Origin: Candidatus Zambryskibacteria bacterium CG10_big_fil_rev_8_21_14_0_10_42_12
GTDB taxonomy: Bacteria > Patescibacteriota > Minisyncoccia > Phycocordibacterales > 1-14-0-10-42-12
NCBI GenBank assembly: GCA_002787695.1
Contig: PCXL01000011.1
Location: 1-58,851 of the forward strand
Direction: 5' to 3'
Length of the DNA stretch: 58,851 nt
The notes below the pieces were generated by a model that had not been told where the DNA came from, made no database searches, and was given only the letters and a program-made list of their open reading frames with translations. Both the position numbers and the translations under genes were made by a program. Below, piece after piece: positions 47,545 through 53,917 of the stretch; position 1 is the stretch's first letter; each line of letters starts with the position of its first letter.

Positions 47545-49212
47545 ATGGTAGAAAGAATAGGAAAATTATTTGCAAGCAAGGTTAGCAGTCTGCATACAGC
47601 GGCGTATATCATGGGTGCCTTTACCATCGTATCTTCTCTGTTGGCACTTGTTCGCGATAGGCTACTCGCATCTTCATTTGGTGCGGGTTCAGAGCTTGAT
47701 ATGTACTATGCTGCATTTCGTATTCCCGATCTATTGTTTGTATCTGTTGGGTCATTAGTTTCTGTCTCAGTCTTGATCCCGCTATTGGCAAAACGAGAAA
47801 AGGAAGCGGTAGACGGGGGGGAAGCTTTTGAACTTTCTAAGGCGACTACATTTTTCGCAGTGATTATCAGTGTGTCATCAGTACTACTATTTGTTGTGTT
47901 GCCATATGTTGTTCCAGTTGTTTTTATCGGTTTTGATATGGAACTACAAGGTGAAGTAGTCCGTCTCTCCCGATGGCTACTGCTTTCTCCGATTATCCTC
48001 GGTTTCTCAAATGTCTTCGGATCTGTTACTCAATTGCAAAATAGATTTGTGTTGTATGCGTTGAGTCCGGTGCTATACAATGTTGGAATAATTATCGGTA
48101 TCATTTTTCTTGCACCACTTTCCGGTATTACCGGAGTAGTGTACGGAGTAATTATCGGTGCACTGCTACACCTGTTACCGCAAGCTCTATATGTCTACAA
48201 AGTAAAATTGTGGCCTCGAATCGTGCGTATTTCATGGGTATATGCAAAATCACTTGCTGCTCTTTCTGCGTCACGCACCATTGCACTTTCTCTATCTCAT
48301 CTTGTCTTACTGCTACTTGTTGCGATCGCGAGTTCTTTAGCGGCTGGGACGATTGCCGTCTTTACATTTTCATATAATTTACAGTCTGTATTTGTGGGCG
48401 TTATTGGTGTGAGCTATTCACTCGCTGCTTTTTCAGCACTCTCTAAATTGGTAGCCGATAACGATTGGGATGAATACAAAAGAGAATTAACATCCTCCTT
48501 TAGGCAGTTGCTTTTTTGGTCAATTCCAGCAGCCGTACTCTTGATCATCCTTCGAGCTCAGATTGTCCGTACAGTTCTTGGTGGAGGAATGTTTAGTTGG
48601 GCAGACACTCGTTTGACTGCAGCAGCGCTTGCTATATTTGCAATTGCAACTATTTTCCAAAGCGCGAGCCTCCTTTTTACCAGAGCGTTTTATGCGCAGG
48701 GCGAAACAAAAAAACCGTTGATCGCTCATGTCACAGGTTCTGGTATTGCCATTATTCTCGGTGTCTTGTTTTTACGTATGAGTCCAGAGGGTTTTTTGGA
48801 GACAATGTCATATCTACTAAAGATAACTGATCTCGATCCGCACGTGTTACTTCTGCCAACTGCATTTGCTATTGGCTCATTGGTAACCGTGATATTGCTT
48901 GCTATCCCACTTTTTGTAAAAAAACTTGTTGGTGTATCCCTCCGTTTTGTAGCAGAAGTTGTGGGTGGCAGTCTTACCATGGGTGCAGTTGCATATATTG
49001 GTCTTATAATTTTTGAACCACTACTCGGAACCGATACGCTTGTTGGTATTTTCTCACAAGGGCTTTTTGCAGGACTATTGGGAATAATGAGTGGTATAGG
49101 TTTTCTGTGGGTGATTGGCAATACAGATGTTCGAGATGCAATATTCTTCCTAACACCAAAACGAGAAAAAGTAGACTTGCCAGCAACTGATGTGAGCGAG
49201 ATGGCGCCTTAG
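47545..49212 (+). CDS. murJ: Lipid II flippase MurJ (MviN)
   Basis: LALVRDRLLAS.FGAG..LD.Y.AAFRIPD, TRAFYA....KKP; multi-TM. Confidence 0.93.
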   Translation: MVERIGKLFASKVSSLHTAAYIMGAFTIVSSLLALVRDRLLASSFGAGSELDMYYAAFRIPDLLFVSVGSLVSVSVLIPLLAKREKEAVDGGEAFELSKATTFFAVIISVSSVLLFVVLPYVVPVVFIGFDMELQGEVVRLSRWLLLSPIILGFSNVFGSVTQLQNRFVLYALSPVLYNVGIIIGIIFLAPLSGITGVVYGVIIGALLHLLPQALYVYKVKLWPRIVRISWVYAKSLAALSASRTIALSLSHLVLLLLVAIASSLAAGTIAVFTFSYNLQSVFVGVIGVSYSLAAFSALSKLVADNDWDEYKRELTSSFRQLLFWSIPAAVLLIILRAQIVRTVLGGGMFSWADTRLTAAALAIFAIATIFQSASLLFTRAFYAQGETKKPLIAHVTGSGIAIILGVLFLRMSPEGFLETMSYLLKITDLDPHVLLLPTAFAIGSLVTVILLAIPLFVKKLVGVSLRFVAEVVGGSLTMGAVAYIGLIIFEPLLGTDTLVGIFSQGLFAGLLGIMSGIGFLWVIGNTDVRDAIFFLTPKREKVDLPATDVSEMAP

Positions 49213-49247
49213 TGCCTACGCCTATTTTGTGCTAGATTAGTGCCTGT

Positions 49248-51038
49248 ATGTCGAATAGACTTAACAATATACGGAATTTTTCCATTATCGCTCACATAGA
49301 CCACGGGAAGTCGACACTTGCCGATCGTATGCTTGAGGTGACGCATACGATTGAGAAGCGAAAGATGAAAGATCAGGTTCTCGACAATATGGAGCTTGAG
49401 CGCGAGAGAGGTATTACTATAAAAATGCGTCCAGTCCGCATGAATCTTACGCGTGGGGATGAGACATTTGTGCTCAATCTGATTGATACGCCAGGTCATA
49501 TTGATTTTTCATATGAAGTATCACGTGCACTCACTGCTGTTGAGGGTGCAATTCTCTTGGTTGATGCCACTCAGGGTGTACAGGCTCAAACGCTTACTAC
49601 GCTTAAGACGGCACAGGAATTAGGTCTTGTTATCATTCCTGTTGTATCAAAAATTGATTCTCCGCTCGCACGTGTTGATGAGGTATCGGAAGAATTGGCA
49701 AAACTTCTTGCTGTATCCAAGGATACAGTTCTCAGGGTATCTGGAAAAACAGGAGAAGGTGTTCTTGAACTTTTAGAAAAACTTGTTGATCGTGTCCCTC
49801 CACCTCAAATCGAAATTCAGAATAATTTTCGATCACTCGTATTTGATTTTTCATACTCGAATCATAGGGGAGTTATTGTATTCATCCGTGTGACTGATGG
49901 GGAAGTTCGTAAAAACGACACGCTTGTATTTCGTGCATCAAACAGTTCTTTTGTTGCACACGAAGTTGGTATTTTTACGCCTGAAGAAAAATCGGTTGAT
50001 GTTCTGAAGGCGGGGGAGATCGGGTATATCGTAACTGGCATAAAAGAGCCGGGGGTTGCTGCTGTAGGAGATACTGTTTCTATCAAAGGAAGTCCTCTAC
50101 CGCCGCTTTCTGGATACATGGAGCCCCGACCAGTTGTGTGGGCATCAATTTACCCAGAAAGCCAAGATGATTTTGTTTTACTCCGCCAATCACTTGAGCG
50201 ACTCAGACTTTCGGACTCCTCTCTTTCATTTGAAGAAGAAGTCTCTGGTGTGATTGGGCGGGGGTTCCGCTGTGGTTTTTTGGGTATGCTCCATATGGAA
50301 ATTATTACTGAGCGACTCCGACGTGAATTTACTTTAGAAATTATCGTGACCGCACCATCCATAACCTATGAAGTAATTCTCAAAAATAATAAAAGAGAAA
50401 TTGTTTATTCCCCACATCTTTTTCCAGATGAAGGAAATATTTTAGAAATCCATGAGCCGTGGGTGTTGGTCAAAATCATCACACCTTCAGATTATATGGG
50501 TGAACTTTCTCAGCTACTTTATAACCATGAAGCAGAACTTGTTGATACGGACAATTTTAGCGAAGATCGCATTTCACTTGTCTTCCATATGCCACTTCGA
50601 GAACTTATGCGCAATTTCTTTGATGAAGTAAAAAGTGTGACATCTGGTTACGCATCACTCTCATATGAAATAGGGGAATTACGTGTGGCAGATGTGACGA
50701 AACTTGAGATCTTGGTGGCAGATGAGCCGGTACCTGCCTTTACTCGTATTGTTGCTCGACGTTTGGCACAAGAAGAATCAGAAAAGCTGGTTGAGAAGCT
50801 TTACACAGTTTTGCCGCGTCAACAGTTTATAACGAAAATCCAAGGTAAGGCACTTGGTAGAATTCTCTCGTCTAAAACACTTTCAGCGCTTAAAAAAGAT
50901 GTTACGGGACATCTCTACGGAGGAGACATTACTCGAAAGCGTAAACTCTGGGAGAAGCAGAAAAAAGGAAAGAAGAAACTGAAGGAGCAAGGAAAGGTCA
51001 ATATTCCTCACGATGTGTTTCTAAAGATGATCAAATAG
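49248..51038 (+). CDS. lepA: Elongation factor 4
   Basis: IRNFSIIAHIDHGKSTLADR, ERERGITIK, DTPGH, GFRCGFLGMLH, KDVT..LYGGDITRKRKL.EKQK.GKK. Confidence 0.98.
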   Translation: MSNRLNNIRNFSIIAHIDHGKSTLADRMLEVTHTIEKRKMKDQVLDNMELERERGITIKMRPVRMNLTRGDETFVLNLIDTPGHIDFSYEVSRALTAVEGAILLVDATQGVQAQTLTTLKTAQELGLVIIPVVSKIDSPLARVDEVSEELAKLLAVSKDTVLRVSGKTGEGVLELLEKLVDRVPPPQIEIQNNFRSLVFDFSYSNHRGVIVFIRVTDGEVRKNDTLVFRASNSSFVAHEVGIFTPEEKSVDVLKAGEIGYIVTGIKEPGVAAVGDTVSIKGSPLPPLSGYMEPRPVVWASIYPESQDDFVLLRQSLERLRLSDSSLSFEEEVSGVIGRGFRCGFLGMLHMEIITERLRREFTLEIIVTAPSITYEVILKNNKREIVYSPHLFPDEGNILEIHEPWVLVKIITPSDYMGELSQLLYNHEAELVDTDNFSEDRISLVFHMPLRELMRNFFDEVKSVTSGYASLSYEIGELRVADVTKLEILVADEPVPAFTRIVARRLAQEESEKLVEKLYTVLPRQQFITKIQGKALGRILSSKTLSALKKDVTGHLYGGDITRKRKLWEKQKKGKKKLKEQGKVNIPHDVFLKMIK

Positions 51039-51146
51039 TTAGAACAGGGGTGCTACGAGTAGCAGGATCATGCTGAGCGCCACTAAGACACCTAAAATAG
51101 TGAATAGTATGTGTGCGATCTTGCGGCCTCGTTTTGAGAACATCAT
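51039..51146 (-). CDS. Small single-TM protein, 35 aa
   Basis: MMFSKRGRKIAHILFTILGVLVALSMILLLVAPLF; ATG 7 nt after a TATACT box. Confidence 0.6.
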   Translation of the reverse strand: MMFSKRGRKIAHILFTILGVLVALSMILLLVAPLF

Positions 51147-51190
51147 GCTCCACAGTATACTGTAAAACAAGTTATTTATGTATATCTTGT

Positions 51191-51574
51191 ATGGATACGT
51201 TGCGTAGACGAAAATCTTCTCGTTCAATAGGAAAAAAAATAATATCGGTAATATTGTTTCTCGTTTTACTATTGCTTATGAATGCTACATGGAAAATGTA
51301 TCGATCGTATAAAGAGAGTGTTGAGCGAAAAGAGACAGTATCGGATGAGTTTGGGGAGATTGAGGGTCGTATTCAGGCTGTGGAGACAAAGGTCGCAAGC
51401 CTCCAAACAATTGAAGGTAGGGAAGCTGAAATCAGGAGTTCATTTAATGTGGTAAAGCCGGGAGAGCAGGTTGCGATAGTGGTGCCAACTGAAGAAACGG
51501 TCCAAAAGAAAGTGGAAAAACGTCCGTGGTACACGTGGTTGTGGAGGGGAAATTTGATTGGAGTTGAAAACTAG
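51191..51574 (+). CDS. Septum formation initiator (FtsB/DivIC-like)
   Basis: Basic N-terminus, one TM, coiled coil, EAEIR..FNVVKPGE. Confidence 0.8.
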   Translation: MDTLRRRKSSRSIGKKIISVILFLVLLLLMNATWKMYRSYKESVERKETVSDEFGEIEGRIQAVETKVASLQTIEGREAEIRSSFNVVKPGEQVAIVVPTEETVQKKVEKRPWYTWLWRGNLIGVEN

Positions 51575-51579
51575 TTTGG

Positions 51580-51743
51580 TGTCAGGAGGCAGGCTCGGTC
51601 ACAACTCTCCTGTTTCGATAAACCGAGCACTTACAATGTAAGTGCTCGGTAAATCTTCACAACGGAGGTCGCGACCCCACCTCGCGCACCTCTCGACAAG
51701 CTCGAGGGCTTCGCGCGCTCCGGCTTTCGAACCTTTTCCTGAC
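51580..51743 (-). ncRNA. tRNA-3'-mimic three-way-junction element downstream of tRNA-Phe
   Basis: Closed by GTCAGGA..GGTTCG / CGAGC.TGCCTCCTGACA (copy of tRNA-Phe 3' end); shares three motifs with 52471-52628. Confidence 0.55.
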
Positions 51744-51793
51744 GTGAAATAAAAGTCGCGGAGCACTTTCGTACTCCGTTCCTTTATTTCATG

Positions 51794-51866
51794 TGTCAGG
51801 AGGCGGGCTCGAACCGCCGACCCTTCGCTCTTCAGGCGAATGCTCTACCAACTGAGCTATCCTGAC
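51794..51866 (-). tRNA. tRNA-Phe(GAA)
   Basis: Acceptor GTCAGGA/TCCTGAC; anticodon arm TTCGC-CTGAAGA-GCGAA; T arm GGCGG-TTCGAGC-CCGCC. Confidence 0.96.
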
Positions 51867-51885
51867 ATATTTATTTCTTAAGAAA

Positions 51886-51953
51886 CTCTACCAACTGACC
51901 CGCCTGCCATCGCCTGCGGCTTCAGCCAATGGCGGGCAGGGCTATCCTGACAT
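51886..51953 (-). pseudogene. Duplicated 5' fragment (nt 1-24) of tRNA-Phe interrupted by a 42-bp hairpin
   Basis: CTCTACCAACTGA (51886-51898) and GCTATCCTGACAT (51941-51953) match the tRNA exactly; GC-rich palindrome at 51899-51940 between them. Confidence 0.75.
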
Positions 51954-52238
51954 TTATTCTTCACTCTTGAAGAAATCTAAGAAATTTTGAAGATTACCTT
52001 GAAACTCCTCGTCTACTGCTGTGAATCGTGCATCTACATCGTTATAGAATTGCTGTGCGCCCTCAATATATGGTTGGATAAAATAATATGCTCCAATCGC
52101 TGCCCCCGCCAAGATGAGCCAGTAGACCACACGCATAATATTAGCAATGCGCTGGCTACGGCGCATTTTGTGAAGCATCGTGTTGTTTTCTCGTGTCAGA
52201 GAAAGCAGTTCTTGCACTTTTCTATCCATCGGATCCAC
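51954..52238 (-). CDS. Small single-TM hypothetical protein
   Basis: 94 aa; GTG start 7 nt after TGcTACATT; TM VVYWLILAGAAIGAYYFI. Confidence 0.8.
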   Translation of the reverse strand: MDPMDRKVQELLSLTRENNTMLHKMRRSQRIANIMRVVYWLILAGAAIGAYYFIQPYIEGAQQFYNDVDARFTAVDEEFQGNLQNFLDFFKSEE

Positions 52239-52383
52239 GACTTCAAATGTAGCAAAAATGGGGTCTTTTTACAATATTCGTGATAGAGTATTTTCGTCCG
52301 GCGCCCTTGCATGAGAATTCCCATGCAAGGTAAGCCATTCGGACATAATACAGAAATAAATTACTGTATTATGATCCTCATTT

Positions 52384-52455
52384 GCCCTTGTAGTTCAATG
52401 GATAGAACAGCGCACTCCTAACGCGCCGATTCAGGTTCGACTCCTGACGAGGGCA
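52384..52455 (+). tRNA. tRNA-Arg(CCT)
   Basis: Acceptor GCCCTTG/CGAGGGC; D arm GTTC/GAAC; anticodon loop CTCCTAA (A-C mismatch at the stem base); T arm TCAGG-TTCGACT-CCTGA. Confidence 0.93.
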
Positions 52456-52470
52456 CACTTAAACTACTTT

Positions 52471-52628
52471 TTAAGTGTGCCCTCGTAAAAACTGTATTGA
52501 TACAGTTTTGTCAGGAGTCGAAAGACGGAACTGTGTTTTGTGAGCACACAAAACAGTCGAGTCGGGGTCGAGAAATTTTATGAGTGACGACGAGTAAAAT
52601 ATTCGTGATCGATTCCTGGCAAGGGCAC
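52471..52628 (+). ncRNA. tRNA-3'-mimic three-way-junction element downstream of tRNA-Arg
   Basis: Inverted copy of the tRNA 3' end (52471-52486, 52510-52522) and direct copy TCGATTCCTGGCAAGGGCAC (52609-52628) enclose motifs shared with the tRNA-Phe element. Confidence 0.55.
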
Positions 52629-52636
52629 AGAAATTA

Positions 52637-52678
52637 AACCAAAAATTGTCTGGAATTAATTCCAGACAATTTTTGGTT
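52637..52678. terminator. Perfect 42-bp palindrome, bidirectional terminator
   Basis: AACCAAAAATTGTCTGGAATT/AATTCCAGACAATTTTTGGTT, abutting the hsp20 stop. Confidence 0.7.
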
Positions 52679-53204
52679 ACGCACTTCCTCTTACCTTGAG
52701 TTTTGTTTGCCTATTTTTATCTATCTTTGGAAGTTTAATAACAAGCAGTCCATGCTTTTCAATAGCTTCTGCTGCCTCAACATCTATTTCGGCAGGGAGG
52801 GAGATGGTGCGTGAAAAAGCACCCCAATAAAGTTCTTTATATATATGGTGATTATCTTCCGCAGTTCGTTCATGCTCACGTTTACCTTTGATAGTTACAC
52901 TATCTCGGGTAATGGCAACATCTAAATCTTCTGGTTTTACACCGGCAACCATTGTCTTGATGATAAGGTCGTCCCCAGCGTCATGCATGTCAACTGCGAG
53001 TTCACCTTCAGATTCGAGTTCTTCTTCTGCTGGTGTAGCTGCCCAGTCGTCATCAGTATTAACTGCCAAATGTTTACTACGACCACGTCGTGGTTTTTCT
53101 TCTACGACTTCGACTTCGTCCTCTTCAGGATCCTCATACTCGTAGTCGTCTACTTTGACAGCGCCTGTTAATCTTTCAAAAAATGATCTGCGATCTCGGA
53201 ACAT
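52677..53204 (-). CDS. Hsp20/alpha-crystallin small heat shock protein
   Basis: GELAVDM, VAGVKPEDLDV, VTIKGKR, ELYWGAFSRTISLP, A.EKHGLL.IKLPK. Confidence 0.94.
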   Translation of the reverse strand: MFRDRRSFFERLTGAVKVDDYEYEDPEEDEVEVVEEKPRRGRSKHLAVNTDDDWAATPAEEELESEGELAVDMHDAGDDLIIKTMVAGVKPEDLDVAITRDSVTIKGKREHERTAEDNHHIYKELYWGAFSRTISLPAEIDVEAAEAIEKHGLLVIKLPKIDKNRQTKLKVRGSA

Positions 53205-53206
53205 AT

Positions 53207-53917
53207 TTATAGTTTAATCTCTTCTGACAAAGGAGAGAGCTTTTTAATCCGTTCAATAATTGCAATAAAGGCGACGATGAAGATCCAGACAGATATAAAA
53301 GCGATGGTGGTATGCCTTAGAGCACCTTCAATTATAAGCAGATTAAAGACTGCATGCAATGCAATAGCTGTCAGTAATCCACAGAATGCATATAATTTTC
53401 GGACTTTTGGAGTTTTATAAAAGCCGAAAGCAATGAAAGATCCGAGCACAACAGATGATAGAAAATGAAGCATTGAAGCCCCTACAAAGCGGAAATTGGA
53501 AACGACAATGCTTTCGAGCAAGCTACTGCCATTAAGTGAATTTAAGATGTAGAGGGTGTTTTCAAAAGCAGCGAATCCGAGTGCGGTTGTCAGCATATAA
53601 ATGATGGCATCTATCGGTTCGTTGTAAGAGCTTTTCATAAAACCGCCAAGAAGGGCTCCCCAGTATTTAAAAACTTCTTCAATCACTGACCAAACAAGAA
53701 TGATGAGAAATAAATTATTTTTCAGATACGGTAGTGCGAATCTCTCAGCAACAACAGAAAAGAAAACGGCAACACCTCCGAGCAAAAAGCAAGAAATGAT
53801 GACGCGCAATGGTTCTGGATGTTTCTTGTCTTCACGCAGCCAAAAAAGCAACCAGATTGCAGCTGGGATAGTTCCTAGGGTCAAAGCCCATAGCAATGTG
53901 TCTGGTTGTGCGTTCAT
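53207..53917 (-). CDS. PrsW-family intramembrane metalloprotease
   Basis: D..HPEP, IEEVFK, ALGFAAFEN, H motifs (MLH, ALHAVFN). Confidence 0.92.
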   Translation of the reverse strand: MNAQPDTLLWALTLGTIPAAIWLLFWLREDKKHPEPLRVIISCFLLGGVAVFFSVVAERFALPYLKNNLFLIILVWSVIEEVFKYWGALLGGFMKSSYNEPIDAIIYMLTTALGFAAFENTLYILNSLNGSSLLESIVVSNFRFVGASMLHFLSSVVLGSFIAFGFYKTPKVRKLYAFCGLLTAIALHAVFNLLIIEGALRHTTIAFISVWIFIVAFIAIIERIKKLSPLSEEIKL

